Sequence record: DRR723986_2999
Reading direction: 5' to 3' (one strand)
DNA length: 42,698 nt
Shown here in pieces: positions 9,277 through 20,175 of this stretch; the stretch's first letter is position 1; the number at the start of each line of letters is the position of its first letter. The notes under the pieces were generated by a model. That model saw only the letters and a program-made list of their open reading frames with translations. It searched no databases and was not told where the DNA came from. Both the position numbers and the translations under genes were made by a program.

Positions 9277-10254
9277 TCAGTCCTGCAGACTGATGATCCC
9301 GGCTTCCGCGGTTTCCGTTCCGAAGACCAGCCGAACACCATCGGCGTCCCAGGCCATCGTAGACACCGGACCCAGGCCCGGGCGCCGCAACAGCACCTCG
9401 GCATTGTCCTCGAACCGGCACATCAGGATCATGCCGTCCTGGTAGCCGACAGCAACGACATCCTCCTTCGGATGGCAGGCAACGGCACTGACCAGGTTGT
9501 CACCCCTTGTGCCCAACTGCAGCGGTGTCTGCCCCATCGGCCCGGTTTTGCCGAAGAACGGCCAGAGGATGGCGGCATTGGCACCGGAAGTCGCCAGATA
9601 TCGCCCCTTGACCGACCAGCTGAACGACTTGACCTTGGCCGGGTAGCCCGTCATGCGCATGTCCTGGCTGTCCGACAGGCGCCAGCCGTGCAAGGCGTTT
9701 TCCTGCATGGCGGTAACAACATACTTGCCGTCGGGCGAAAAGCTCACGCCCAGATGCGCACCATTCCAGCTGAGCTCGACCGGTGCGCCGTCCGTGCCGG
9801 CCCACCAAAGCGTCGCTCCGTCGTAGCGCCCGACTGCCAGCCGCATGCCCTTGGGCGCGAAGGCAAGACCGCCGACGGCCCGTTCATGCGCGAATTCCTT
9901 TTCGCGCCCGTCCGCGAACCGCACCCAGGCGGTGCGGCCGCTGGCAAAGGCAAGCGCACCGGACGGTCCGGCAGCGATCAGGTCGATCCACTTGCGCGGC
10001 CGTTCGGCAACGCATTCGCTCGATCCGTCCGCCGCACTCAAGAAGATGCAGCCGTCGTCACCCGATGTGATCAGCCCCTTGCCGTCGATTGTCGGCTCCG
10101 CAGCCAGAAGCCCGGCCTTGTGCGGCTTCAGTTTCGTTTCACCCTGTCCGGACAGGACGATGTCGCCTTCTCCGGACGCAAAAAAGGCCGTGTCTTTCAG
10201 ATAGCCGGCGCGGACGACGAAGCCGTCCACCTCCACGGGAGCAACTGTCGGCAA
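9277..10254 (-). CDS. WD40-repeat beta-propeller protein
   Basis: Repeated strand motifs (TSGDDG, LAFAPKG, VSFSPDGK, FSWSVKG, MAWDADG). Immediately downstream of the COG0523 gene, a common alphaproteobacterial pairing. Confidence 0.85.
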   Translation of the reverse strand: MPTVAPVEVDGFVVRAGYLKDTAFFASGEGDIVLSGQGETKLKPHKAGLLAAEPTIDGKGLITSGDDGCIFLSAADGSSECVAERPRKWIDLIAAGPSGALAFASGRTAWVRFADGREKEFAHERAVGGLAFAPKGMRLAVGRYDGATLWWAGTDGAPVELSWNGAHLGVSFSPDGKYVVTAMQENALHGWRLSDSQDMRMTGYPAKVKSFSWSVKGRYLATSGANAAILWPFFGKTGPMGQTPLQLGTRGDNLVSAVACHPKEDVVAVGYQDGMILMCRFEDNAEVLLRRPGLGPVSTMAWDADGVRLVFGTETAEAGIISLQD

Positions 10255-10266
10255 GTCTCTTCTTCC

Positions 10267-11349
10267 TTATTGCGCGGCGCAGGCCTGGAAACTGTCTCTC
10301 AGGACATCCCAGTTGAGATCGCGGCCGATGAAGACCAGGCGGCTTTCTCGCGGTTCATCCTCTTTCCAGTCACGCTGATGATCGCCTTCAACGATCATGT
10401 GCACCCCCTGGATGACATAGCGCTGCGGATCCCCCTTGAAGGCAATGATGCCCTTCAGGCGCAGAATGTTTGGGCCTTGAACCTGCGTGACCTGGTTGAT
10501 CCAGGGAAAGAACATGTTGGGATCAAGGTCGCCTGCCTTCAGGGAAATGCTCTTGACCGAATGGGGATCCTCATCGTGGTGATGATGGTGATGCCCATGT
10601 CCATGTCCATGCCCATGATCATGGCCGTGGCCGTGATGATGGTGGTCATGGTCGCAGTCCGGACCGCATTCGTCGGCATGATGACCATGCTCGAGGAAAT
10701 GCGGATCGAGCGACAGGATCCTGTCGAGATCGAACGCACCCCGATCCAGCACCTTGGCGATCTCGATGCCGCAACGCTCGCTCCGGTGGAGCACGGCATA
10801 CGGATTGATCGAACGGATACGCGCTTCGACGGTGGCAAGCTCTTCGCCCGAGACGAGATCGGTCTTGTTGATCAGGATGACGTCGGCAAAGGCGATCTGA
10901 TCTTCGGCCTCTTCGGTGTCTTCCAGACGCTGCAGCACGTGGCGGGCATCGACAACGGCGACGACCGCGTCGAGTTTCGCGGCAGCACGCACATCGTCGT
11001 CCATGAAGAAGGTCTGTGCGACCGGAGCCGGATCGGCAACACCGGTGGTTTCGACGATGATCGCGTCAAAGGCATTCTTGCGCTTCATCAGGTTCTGCAC
11101 AGTGCGGATCAGGTCACCGCGCACGGTGCAGCAGATGCAGCCGTTGTTCATTTCGAAGATTTCTTCGTCGGATTCCACAAGCAGATCGTTATCGATACCG
11201 ACTTCGCCGAACTCGTTGACGATGACCGCATAACGCTGACCGTGGTTTTCGGTCAGGATCCGGTTGAGAAGTGTGGTCTTGCCGGCACCCAGATACCCCG
11301 TCAAAACGGTAACGGGGATCTGTGCCTGGCTGTCCTGGGTCGCAGTCAT
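10267..11349 (-). CDS. COG0523/CobW-family G3E GTPase metallochaperone
   Basis: [10 protein letters not shown] Walker [15 protein letters not shown] (CxCC), [12 protein letters not shown], His-rich tract and CobW_C domain. Start MTATQD at 11349. Confidence 0.94.
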   Translation of the reverse strand: MTATQDSQAQIPVTVLTGYLGAGKTTLLNRILTENHGQRYAVIVNEFGEVGIDNDLLVESDEEIFEMNNGCICCTVRGDLIRTVQNLMKRKNAFDAIIVETTGVADPAPVAQTFFMDDDVRAAAKLDAVVAVVDARHVLQRLEDTEEAEDQIAFADVILINKTDLVSGEELATVEARIRSINPYAVLHRSERCGIEIAKVLDRGAFDLDRILSLDPHFLEHGHHADECGPDCDHDHHHHGHGHDHGHGHGHGHHHHHHDEDPHSVKSISLKAGDLDPNMFFPWINQVTQVQGPNILRLKGIIAFKGDPQRYVIQGVHMIVEGDHQRDWKEDEPRESRLVFIGRDLNWDVLRDSFQACAAQ

Positions 11350-11567
11350 TGCGCGCTTTCCTGGCAGAAGATAAAGGGTCGCCCGCCGATCGGCGGGCCG
11401 CTTGGGCGCGAATATAAGCATTTCACCGCCGTATTGGGAGGGCGGTACGGAAATTTCCCTTTTCCCGGCATACCTGTGGACACTCGCCCGAACGCTTTGA
11501 CCGTTCTTCAGCCTTTTCAAATCCTTGTCCACCGCATTAACGTCGGCTCGAGGAAGCGCGCAAAGGC

Positions 11568-12761
11568 ATGGAGACCAAAATGCTGCACACGATTGGCGGA
11601 TTTGACCGGATTGGCGAGGAAAACGCATTCGCCGTGCTGGCGCGGGCAACGGAACTTGCCGCACAAGGCCGCGACATCATCAACCTGGGCATCGGTCAGC
11701 CGGACTTCAAAACGCCGGATCACATCGTTGAAGCGGCCATCAAGGCCCTGCGCGACGGTCAGCACGGTTACACGCCCGCAACCGGCATTGCCCCGTTGCG
11801 CGAAGCAGTCTCCGCCGACCTTCTGAAACGTCACGGAGTGGAGACTGACCCGGGCAACGTTCTGATTGTTCCCGGTGGCAAGGTCACCATGTTCATGGCC
11901 ATCTTGATGTTCGGCGAACCGGGAAGTGAAATTCTCTATCCCGATCCGGGCTTCCCGATCTACCGCTCGATGATCGAGTTCACCGGCGCCCGGCCCGTGC
12001 CGGTTCCGATCCGCGAGGAAAACGACTTTGCCTTTTCTGCCGAAGAGACGCTGTCGCTGATTACCGACAAGACCCGTCTGCTGATCCTGAATTCGCCGGC
12101 GAACCCCACCGGCGGCGTCACCCCACGTGCTGAAATAGAAAAGCTTGTCGCCGGGCTGGAACGCTTTCCTGATGTAGCCGTCATGTCCGACGAAATCTAT
12201 TCGCAGATGACCTATGACGGCATGGAACACGTCTCCCTGCTGGGGTTCCCGTCGCTGCGCGACAGGCTCATCCTGCTCGACGGCTGGTCGAAGACCTATG
12301 CCATGACCGGCTGGCGGATGGGTTTTTCCCTCTGGCCCGAAGGCCTGATCGACAAGGCGCGCAAACTCGCGGTCAACGCGTGGTCCTGTGTCAACGCCCC
12401 CGCCCAGTTCGGCGCTCTTGCAGCGCTTACCGGACCGCAAACCGCAGTGGCGGACATGGTTCGGGAATTCGACGGCCGGCGCAAGGTGACCGTTGACGGC
12501 CTGAACGCCATCGAGGGCATTTCCTGCCGCGTTCCGCTTGGTGCCTTTTACGCCTTTCCGAATATCAAGCAGACCGGCTGGAAGGCAAAGGCACTTGCAT
12601 CCGCCCTCTTGGAAGAGACCGGCGTTGCGACCATCGGCGGCCCCGACTTTGGTGTATTGGGCGAAGGCTACATCAGATTGTCTTACGCGAATTCCACGGA
12701 CAACATACGCGATGCCCTGGGACGGATAGAAAAATTCCTGAACGAAAACCGCAAGAACTGA
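11568..12761 (+). CDS. PLP-dependent class I/II aminotransferase (aspartate aminotransferase-like)
   Basis: [35 protein letters not shown] (PLP lysine), GAFYAF. Confidence 0.93.
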   Translation: METKMLHTIGGFDRIGEENAFAVLARATELAAQGRDIINLGIGQPDFKTPDHIVEAAIKALRDGQHGYTPATGIAPLREAVSADLLKRHGVETDPGNVLIVPGGKVTMFMAILMFGEPGSEILYPDPGFPIYRSMIEFTGARPVPVPIREENDFAFSAEETLSLITDKTRLLILNSPANPTGGVTPRAEIEKLVAGLERFPDVAVMSDEIYSQMTYDGMEHVSLLGFPSLRDRLILLDGWSKTYAMTGWRMGFSLWPEGLIDKARKLAVNAWSCVNAPAQFGALAALTGPQTAVADMVREFDGRRKVTVDGLNAIEGISCRVPLGAFYAFPNIKQTGWKAKALASALLEETGVATIGGPDFGVLGEGYIRLSYANSTDNIRDALGRIEKFLNENRKN

Positions 12762-12900
12762 GCACTTGGCATAAATACTGATCGCTAGACCTGACCAAGG
12801 TTAACATGCGTATTTTCTTCAAGGAGTCTTCCGTTACGTATCCCTTTTATTAAACTTTTATTGTCTTGAATGACACCGCGGCCCGCACAAAGGTCGGACA

Positions 12901-15084
12901 ATGGGGACGGAAATGACCAAGAACATCACTTTGGATCTTGAACAGACGTTCGGCGATTTGAACGAATGTGTCCTCGTGACCAACCCCGAACGCACCATCG
13001 TTTTCATAAACCAGGCTATGTCCAACCTGCTGAAGGTGGATCGCAAAAAGGTCGTCGGCACGACGACAAAACGGTTCTTCGCCGATCCGAACCAGTTCGC
13101 CCAGATGGCGGAACTCTACCAATCGCCAACGGATCACCGGAACCGCAAGGCCTATTCAATCGATCTGGCGCTCGAAGACGGGTCGACCGTATCCGTAGAG
13201 GTTGTCAGCGCACCGCTGTTCGATACAGATCACACATTGACCGGCATCCTGTTTATCGCGCGGGATCAGGCGGAACGAAAGGCGCTGGAAAGCAAACTGA
13301 GCGACATCGCCTTGACGCTTGAAGATGCCCTGGACGCGATTTCGGAAGGCTTCGCACTCTACGACAAGGATGACCGGCTGGTTATCTGCAACGACAATTA
13401 TCGCGAGATCTATGCCCATTCGGCACCGGCCATGTTCCCCGGCAATCGTTTCGAGGACATCCTGCGGTTCGGCCTGAACCGCAAGCAATACGAAACGGGC
13501 GGCAAGACGGACGACGAATGGTTGGCGGAGCGCCTCGATCGGCATCAGGCCGGCGATGGCTCGGTCCTGGAGCAAAACCTCAGTGACGGCCGCTGGCTGC
13601 GCATTTCGGAAACCCGCACCCGCGCCGGCGGCATCGCCGGCATCCGGTTCGACATCACGGAACTCAAACACGCTCAGGCCAAGGCGGAAAACGCTTACAA
13701 GAACCTTTCGCTCATGGCCGACAACATTGTCGCCAGCGTCACCGAGGTCGATCTGGAGGGCAGATGCGTCTTCATCAACAAGACCGCGTGTGACTGGTTC
13801 AACGAAAAACCGGAAACTCTCATCGGCACCCGGCTTCGTGACCGCTTGCCCTGGAAGGAACGCGAAGCCGTTCGCACGATCTTCGAGGAAGCAATGAGCG
13901 GTGAGAAGGTTTCATCGGAAGTCAGCTTCCATTTTCCCGACGGCATTTTGCGCGAATGCCTGATGAGCTGTAACCCGCGCTTCGGCGATGATGGTGCCGT
14001 TGAAGCTATCGTGGTGCTGATTTCCGATATAACCGACCGGAAGAAAACGGAACGTACGCTGGCCGAGCTTTACGCCATCACCTCGACCCGCGAGCTCGGC
14101 CACGAAGACAAGATTGCCGAAATCCTGCGCCTGGGGACCGAACATTTCGAGGTTCCCTTCGGCATTATCAGTCACGTGATTGACGACCACTACACGATCA
14201 CACACGCCCAGAGCCCGGAAGGAGAACTCGTTCCGGGCACTTCGTTCCCGTTGCAGGACACCTATTGTCTGTTGACGCTGAAGTCCGAAGAGCCGATCGC
14301 GACCGCAAACGCCGCAAGCTCGGAGTTCGCCAGGCATCCCTGCCACGAGATCTTCAAGTTGGAGACGTATATCGGCGCCCCGATTCTCGTGGATGGTGAA
14401 GTTCATGGGACAATCAACTTCACCGCCCCGGACGTGCGCAAAAGGGCATTTTCCCCGTCGGATCTTCAGATCGTGCGTCAGTTCGCGGACTGGGTCGGAC
14501 ATGAGATCGCCCGCCAGCGCGATCACCAGGCCCTGATGAACGCCAAGATCAACCTGGAGCGGGTCGCCAGCATCGACGACCTGACCCAGATCCTGAACCG
14601 CCGCGCTTTCCTGGAACGGGCCAATACAGAAGTGCAACGCTTCCGCCGCACCAAGCGCCCCTTCACGGCTGTGATGATGGATATCGACAAGTTCAAGCAG
14701 ATCAACGATCTGTACGGCCATGCCACCGGCGACGAGGTTTTGAAAAAATTTTCCGATACCGTCAGCAGCGCCCTGCGTGCCGTCGACATCTTCGGCCGGG
14801 TCGGCGGCGAAGAGTTCTGCATGATCCTGCACAACGCCGAAATCGAAGATGCCATGCTGGTGTGTGAACGCCTGCGGGTGAAGATTATCGAGGAATGCCA
14901 GCTCGACATCGTCAATCAGACGGTCACTTGCAGCATGGGCCTTGCCACCGTCGCCCGCGAAGATCTGGAATTTTCGACCCTCATGCAAAAGGCCGACACG
15001 GCGCTTTATGAGGCAAAGGCGACGGGCCGCAACAAATGCGTTGCCCACAAGAGTTCGTATCCGGAACACGCTCCGGCCCTCTGA
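12901..15084 (+). CDS. Cytoplasmic diguanylate cyclase (three PAS domains, GAF, GGDEF)
   Basis: Three PAS-like segments, GAF (ETYIGAPI...GTINF), DDLTQILNRR, DIDKFKQIND.YGH..GD, I-site RAVD and active site GGEEF. Confidence 0.92.
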   Translation: MGTEMTKNITLDLEQTFGDLNECVLVTNPERTIVFINQAMSNLLKVDRKKVVGTTTKRFFADPNQFAQMAELYQSPTDHRNRKAYSIDLALEDGSTVSVEVVSAPLFDTDHTLTGILFIARDQAERKALESKLSDIALTLEDALDAISEGFALYDKDDRLVICNDNYREIYAHSAPAMFPGNRFEDILRFGLNRKQYETGGKTDDEWLAERLDRHQAGDGSVLEQNLSDGRWLRISETRTRAGGIAGIRFDITELKHAQAKAENAYKNLSLMADNIVASVTEVDLEGRCVFINKTACDWFNEKPETLIGTRLRDRLPWKEREAVRTIFEEAMSGEKVSSEVSFHFPDGILRECLMSCNPRFGDDGAVEAIVVLISDITDRKKTERTLAELYAITSTRELGHEDKIAEILRLGTEHFEVPFGIISHVIDDHYTITHAQSPEGELVPGTSFPLQDTYCLLTLKSEEPIATANAASSEFARHPCHEIFKLETYIGAPILVDGEVHGTINFTAPDVRKRAFSPSDLQIVRQFADWVGHEIARQRDHQALMNAKINLERVASIDDLTQILNRRAFLERANTEVQRFRRTKRPFTAVMMDIDKFKQINDLYGHATGDEVLKKFSDTVSSALRAVDIFGRVGGEEFCMILHNAEIEDAMLVCERLRVKIIEECQLDIVNQTVTCSMGLATVAREDLEFSTLMQKADTALYEAKATGRNKCVAHKSSYPEHAPAL

Positions 15085-15254
15085 CCGGCCCAGACCGTCT
15101 GGCCTGCTCGCGGCCACGTTCGACACGCGATGCCGTAGCGTTTTCCCGGCTTCCCGCGCAAAATTGCGCGCTAATTCGAACCCAACGCGCCAATATGTCG
15201 CATCGGGACGTATTCTTGCCGTTCTTTTGACGCCGTCCTCCGTATATGCAACAG

Positions 15255-15296
15255 TAGTGTAATCGTAGCGGAGCGGGACAAGACGACATTACACTA
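15255..15296. other. Inverted repeat / stem-loop in the leader of the usp-BCCT unit
   Basis: TAGTGTAAT (15255-15263) and ATTACACTA (15288-15296) are perfect reverse complements; inner CGT/ACG can extend the stem. Confidence 0.55.
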
Positions 15297-15385
15297 GAAT
15301 GCAATACTGAAGCGGACCCTCCGCGCAAGGACCTCTACGGCTTGAATCTTGTATATTCTTGCCTGAACAGATCTTGGAGGGACAT

Positions 15386-15799
15386 TTGTTCACAAAAATA
15401 CTAGTTCCGATTGACCTCAGTCATGCGGATAAACTTGAAAAAGCCATCGCAACGGGTGCTTATATAGCAAAAACCAATAGTATTCCCGTGGTATTTGCGG
15501 CGGTAACTTCAAACACCCCAAGCGCCCTTGCCCACACTCCGGACGAGTTTCGGGAAAAGCTGGCTGCCTACGCTGCAGCAGAAGGGCAGAAACACGGGAT
15601 CACCGCTTCCGGTCATGCCGTTTTCTCTCACGATCCGGCTGTCGACCTGGAAAACGCGATTCTGAAGGCTGTTCACGATACCGGCGCGGATCTCGTGGTC
15701 ATGGCAACGCACATCCCGCACGTGCCGGATCACTTCTGGCCGTCGAACGGTGGTCGCGTCGCGAGCCATGCAGATGTTTCCGTCTTCCTCGTGAGATAA
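15386..15799 (+). CDS. Universal stress protein (UspA/UspF-like)
   Basis: KILVPIDL, ADLVVMATH, SNGGRVASHADVSVFLVR. TTG start at 15386 follows a GGAGGG Shine-Dalgarno. Confidence 0.88.
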   Translation: MFTKILVPIDLSHADKLEKAIATGAYIAKTNSIPVVFAAVTSNTPSALAHTPDEFREKLAAYAAAEGQKHGITASGHAVFSHDPAVDLENAILKAVHDTGADLVVMATHIPHVPDHFWPSNGGRVASHADVSVFLVR

Positions 15800-15828
15800 C
15801 CCGTTTCCCGAACAAAAGGAGCGCTCCC

Positions 15829-17457
15829 ATGAGCGACAATCAAGGCATTCCGGATCCGGAAGGCGCCGCCAATCTCATCGACACCGAATACGAGATTGGC
15901 CAGGACAACATCGAAACTTCTGTCGGCCCTTTCAGCCTCGACATCCACAATCCGGTTTTCCTGGTCTCTGGCCTGACCATCGTTGCCTTCGTCTTTCTGA
16001 CCCTTGCCTTTCAGACCGAAGTCGGCCCGATGTTCGATCACCTGCGCAAGTGGCTGACATCGAACCTCGACTGGTTCTTCATCATCTCCGGCAACGTCTT
16101 CGTCCTCGTCTGCCTGGCGCTGATCGTCACCCCCCTCGGCAACGTCCGCATCGGTGGCAAGGACGCCGAGCCCGACTATACCTACTTCGGCTGGTTCGCC
16201 ATGCTGTTCGCCGCCGGCATGGGCATTGGCCTGATGTTCTTCGGCGTTCTGGAACCGGTCTATCACATGGCCTTTTCCGAGCCGATCGGTGTGCCAAAGC
16301 CCTTCGACGCCGACGGCAATATCATTCCGGAAAATGTCGCGGCCGCGAAGGCCATGGGCATGGCCGCAACCATCTTCCACTGGGGCCTGCACCCCTGGGC
16401 GATCTACGCCGTGGTTGCACTCGCTCTTGCGATCTTCTCCTTCAACAAGGGTCTGCCGCTGACCATGCGCTCGGTGTTCTATCCGATTTTCGGTGAGCGC
16501 ACCTGGGGCTGGCCGGGCCATGTCATCGATATCCTGGCCGTGTTCGCGACCCTTTTCGGTCTCGCGACCTCACTTGGCTTTGGCGCCCAGCAGGCAAATG
16601 CAGGTCTCGATTTTGTCTTCGGCATTCCTGTCAGCACCACGGCACAGGTCGTGTTGATCATCGGCATCACCGGCGTTGCGCTTGTCTCGGTTCTGCGTGG
16701 TCTCGACGGCGGCGTGAAAGTTCTGTCGGAAATCAACATGCTGATTGCGGCTCTGCTGCTGGTGTTCGTGATTGCCGCTGGTCCGACCGCAACGCTGGTC
16801 TCCGACTTCTTCTCCAACATTATTGCCTACGGCAGGGAAATCGTACCGCTGTCGATGCCGTTCGGCCGCGAGGACGACAGCTTCCGCCAGGGTTGGACAT
16901 CGTTCTACTGGGCCTGGTGGATTTCCTGGTCGCCGTTTGTCGGCATGTTCATTGCACGCGTCAGCCGTGGCCGCACTGTTCGGGAGTTCATCGTCTGCGT
17001 CCTGATCATTCCGACCATCGTGTCCGTAATCTGGATGACTGCGTTCGGCGGCACCGCCATCGAACAGGTCCTGGCCAGCAACGACAGCCAGGTGCATGAA
17101 TATGTGATCGCAAGCTACAGCCCCGAACTGTCGCTGTTCGGCATGCTTGCCGATCTGCCGATGGCATCGATCACCTCGTTCATCGCCATCATTCTGGTCA
17201 TCGTGTTCTTCGTCACCTCCTCGGACTCCGGCTCTCTGGTGATCGACACGATCACGGCAGGCGGCAAGGTCGATGCGCCGGTGCCGCAGCGCGTGTTCTG
17301 GTGCACCTTCGAAGGTCTGGTCGCCATCGCGCTTCTGCTTGGCGGGGGCCTGGGAGCTCTGCAGGCAATGGCGGTCTCGACAGGGTTCCCCTTCACGATC
17401 GTGCTGTTGCTGGCCTGCTACGCCATCTTCAAGGGTCTGGCGGACGAGCCGCGCTGA
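15829..17457 (+). CDS. BCCT family (betaine/choline/carnitine) transporter
   Basis: WFAMLFAAGMGIGLMFFG, FHWGLHPWAIY, signature WTSFYWAWWISWSPFVGMFIARVSRGRT, FFVTSSDSG. The tryptophan box is intact. Confidence 0.95.
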   Translation: MSDNQGIPDPEGAANLIDTEYEIGQDNIETSVGPFSLDIHNPVFLVSGLTIVAFVFLTLAFQTEVGPMFDHLRKWLTSNLDWFFIISGNVFVLVCLALIVTPLGNVRIGGKDAEPDYTYFGWFAMLFAAGMGIGLMFFGVLEPVYHMAFSEPIGVPKPFDADGNIIPENVAAAKAMGMAATIFHWGLHPWAIYAVVALALAIFSFNKGLPLTMRSVFYPIFGERTWGWPGHVIDILAVFATLFGLATSLGFGAQQANAGLDFVFGIPVSTTAQVVLIIGITGVALVSVLRGLDGGVKVLSEINMLIAALLLVFVIAAGPTATLVSDFFSNIIAYGREIVPLSMPFGREDDSFRQGWTSFYWAWWISWSPFVGMFIARVSRGRTVREFIVCVLIIPTIVSVIWMTAFGGTAIEQVLASNDSQVHEYVIASYSPELSLFGMLADLPMASITSFIAIILVIVFFVTSSDSGSLVIDTITAGGKVDAPVPQRVFWCTFEGLVAIALLLGGGLGALQAMAVSTGFPFTIVLLLACYAIFKGLADEPR

Positions 17458-17480
17458 CCTGAAACAGCAGGAACATCTGG

Positions 17481-17507
17481 AACGGGCGGCTCTGGCCGCC
17501 CGTTTTT
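17481..17507 (+). terminator. Rho-independent terminator
   Basis: AACGGGCGGC-tctg-GCCGCCCGTT followed by TTT after the BCCT stop. Confidence 0.8.
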
Positions 17508-17682
17508 GGATCCGAACATGACGAGCCACGTTGCAGTCATCGCGGACAGGCGAAGCGCGAGCCGGATTCAGGGAACCGCCGCCTCGAAATTTTTTGGATT
17601 GTTCCAGACCCGCGCGAGGCGAGGGTCGACCGGATGATCCGACGGCCTCTTAAAAGCAGGCTGCGACCGCCAGCCGACTTGT

Positions 17683-18774
17683 CTAGTCGGCCAGCTTGGG
17701 GGCCAGTCGCACGCCGGGAGGCGGCGAGCTTTCACGGATCCGCACATCGGGTTCGATCACGATGGGCGTATTGGGCACGCGGTCACCCGCGATCTGGCGC
17801 AGCAGGGTCAGTGCTGCCAACCGTCCGATCTTGTCCGGCTGGGCTGACACCGTCGTCAGCGCGGGCGTACGCGCATCGGCGCCGTCGATATCGTCGTAAC
17901 CGGTAATCGCCATGTCCGGCCCCGGCTCGATCCCCGCTCGCCGGAACGTGGTCATCATTCCAAGGGCGACGAGATCGTTGAAGCCGACGATGGCTGTGGG
18001 GCGATGTTCGGCTTCCAGGATCTTCGGCACTGCGGCCCGGCCATCGGCCTGAGTCATCAGCTCGGGCAGGTCAAGCTGGCTTGCGGGATCGATCCCCGCT
18101 TCTTCCAGCGCCTTGCGCCAGCCGGCATTGCGATAGCGGCCGGTCGAGCTGCCACGGCGACCGCCAACCATGGCGATGTCCTTGTGCCCCTGTTTGATCA
18201 GGTGCTTGGTGATCTGATAGGTGCCGGCAAGATCGTCGCCGCGTACGCACGGTGCCCATACCCCCGGAACCTCGCGCGCCACCAGCGTCACGGGTATCCC
18301 CTGGTCCACCAGCCTGTTGATCTCTTCGGCCGAAGTTCCGACCGAAGGACACAGGATCAATCCGTCCGCGCGGTGCTGAAGCAGCGTGTTGACGAACGCA
18401 CGCTGGCGTTTGACGTCGTCGCGGTGGTTGCAGATGAAGATCATCTGCCCCTGCTCTTCCAGAACGTCCTCGAGCGCAGAAAAGACTTCGGCGAAGTAGG
18501 GGTTCAGGATGTCATGAACGGCAACGCCCACAATCTGGCTGCGGGCGGTTCTGAGAGAAGCCGCCGACCGGTTGTAGATATATCCGATCTCCTCCGCGGT
18601 CTGCTTGACCTTCGCCCTGGTTTCCTCGGCAACAAGCGGACTGTCCCGAAGCGCCAGCGACACGGTTGCCGTGGAAATACCGAGCTGGTCGGCAATGTGC
18701 CCAAGAGTGAGCCTTTTACCAGGCTTTTGCGGAAATTCCGGCTGGGAGGGAGGGGAACCGTTGTCTTCAGACAT
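17683..18774 (-). CDS. LacI family transcriptional regulator
   Basis: TLGHIADQLGISTATVSLAL, GYIYNRSAASLR, NPYF, FNDLVALG, TGYDD, PALTTV. Confidence 0.94.
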   Translation of the reverse strand: MSEDNGSPPSQPEFPQKPGKRLTLGHIADQLGISTATVSLALRDSPLVAEETRAKVKQTAEEIGYIYNRSAASLRTARSQIVGVAVHDILNPYFAEVFSALEDVLEEQGQMIFICNHRDDVKRQRAFVNTLLQHRADGLILCPSVGTSAEEINRLVDQGIPVTLVAREVPGVWAPCVRGDDLAGTYQITKHLIKQGHKDIAMVGGRRGSSTGRYRNAGWRKALEEAGIDPASQLDLPELMTQADGRAAVPKILEAEHRPTAIVGFNDLVALGMMTTFRRAGIEPGPDMAITGYDDIDGADARTPALTTVSAQPDKIGRLAALTLLRQIAGDRVPNTPIVIEPDVRIRESSPPPGVRLAPKLAD

Positions 18775-18889
18775 TCCTATTTCTCAATAACCGCAGCGGC
18801 GTTGGGAGAGACCGTTATAGCCCTCTCCCCTCTGGGTAAACAGGTTTTTCTGTTTTTCCGAAGTTTGGGATCGAAGCCCCTCACAAAGT

Positions 18890-19426
18890 TCAGCGCCGTC
18901 CAGCGGGAGCGGAATCGTCGAATTCCTCACGTAGATTGACGACAACCCTGCGGTTCTGAGACTGACAGGTGACCTTGTCGCAATCCGTTACCGGACGCTC
19001 CACGCCATACCCCTTCACCCACATGCGCTTGGGATTGACCCCCAGCTTGACCAGTTCGGCCATGACCGCGTTCGCCCGTTGGGTCGACAATGTCTTCTGC
19101 GCAGCCTCGCTGCCAGGATCGTCGGCGTGCCCCTGGATCTTGACCAGCCACTTCTTGTTCGACTTCAGCCACTTGGCCTGATTTTCGATTGTGATGCGGG
19201 CCTCATCAGTAACCACAGCCGAGCCCTGGTCGAAATAGACCCGGCGACCGACATTGATGATGAATTCCTCTTCCGAACCCGACGAAATATTTCCGAAACC
19301 GGCGGCCGGTGCGTTGGTCACATCGGGTGACGACAATCCACCGGCGCTGTTGCAACCGGCGACTCCAAATGCGATCATGAGCGCAAAAACTGCGCCCCGG
19401 CCGATCCGGCCAAATGTATTTTCCAA
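18890..19426 (-). CDS. OmpA/Pal-like peptidoglycan-binding lipoprotein
   Basis: Lipobox VAGC, VGRRVYFD, IQGHADD, LSTQRANAV, GYGVERP, QNRRVV. Start uncertain (TTG at 19426 chosen). Confidence 0.85.
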   Translation of the reverse strand: MENTFGRIGRGAVFALMIAFGVAGCNSAGGLSSPDVTNAPAAGFGNISSGSEEEFIINVGRRVYFDQGSAVVTDEARITIENQAKWLKSNKKWLVKIQGHADDPGSEAAQKTLSTQRANAVMAELVKLGVNPKRMWVKGYGVERPVTDCDKVTCQSQNRRVVVNLREEFDDSAPAGRR

Positions 19427-19530
19427 GGAAGCCCCCAAACCCTCTTTCAGTTTCCCCCTCGCCCGGCAGCCCACAGCCCCTTCGACTGCAGCTCCGCCGG
19501 TCGATTGCAAATTGCTCCGGATGAACGGGC

Positions 19531-20175
19531 TCAGCCCGCTTTCTCTCCAAGATGCTCCAGCACCAGAACGCCGGTCCCCTTGGGGCAGCGCTGGTAAAGG
19601 TCGACAATGTCTTCCGGGAACATGCGCACGCAGCCACTCGACACATCATGGCCGATGCTCCAGGGCTCCAGCGTGCCGTGCAGCCGGTACCCGAGGTCGC
19701 TTCCATCCCGATAGAGATACAAGGCCCGTGGCCCGAGTGGATTGTTGGCAGCTCCGCCTTCGACCATTCTTGGAAGATCCGGTTGCCGCTTCAGCATCTC
19801 CGGTGGCGGCACCCACCGCGGCCAAAGGGCCTTGCGGTCAATCCGGGCGCGGCCGAACCACTGGAAGCCTTCACGCCCGACGCCAACGCCATAACGAAGC
19901 GCGGTGTTGTTTTCCCATACCCAGTACAGGAAGTGATTGTTGGTATCGACCACCACGGTGCCGGGTGGCTCGTCACTGAAATACTTCACCATCTGCCGAT
20001 GCCAGACGGGATCGATCTTCTTGAAGTTGGTTCTTCTGTATTGAAATCCGCTATCTTCCTGATAGCCACTGAAATAAGCGTTTGCAGCTGCATTGGCGTG
20101 CGCCACCTGCGGCAAGGCCAATGTGCCTGCCGTGGCTGCTGCCCCTGTCAAGAACCTGCGGCGGTTCAGCTCCAT
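19531..20175 (-). CDS. L,D-transpeptidase (YkuD/ErfK family), Tat-exported
   Basis: NRRRFL Tat motif, RYGVGVGR, NPLGPRALYL, catalytic HGT...SSGCVRM. Confidence 0.93.
   Translation of the reverse strand: MELNRRRFLTGAAATAGTLALPQVAHANAAANAYFSGYQEDSGFQYRRTNFKKIDPVWHRQMVKYFSDEPPGTVVVDTNNHFLYWVWENNTALRYGVGVGREGFQWFGRARIDRKALWPRWVPPPEMLKRQPDLPRMVEGGAANNPLGPRALYLYRDGSDLGYRLHGTLEPWSIGHDVSSGCVRMFPEDIVDLYQRCPKGTGVLVLEHLGEKAG

Noticed and set aside
11350-11664. N-terminal extension of the COG0523 ORF
   Set aside because: It overlaps the divergent aminotransferase gene and promoter; family similarity begins at IPVTVLTG.
9163-11826. 887-aa plus-strand ORF
   Set aside because: Antisense shadow of the WD40 and COG0523 genes, with no motifs. 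Its Met/Val-rich stretch is the reverse complement of His codons.
15829-17457. Calling the BCCT a DMSP transporter (DddT) or BetT
   Set aside because: No ddd or bet genes are adjacent, and substrate cannot be resolved beyond the conserved aromatic box.
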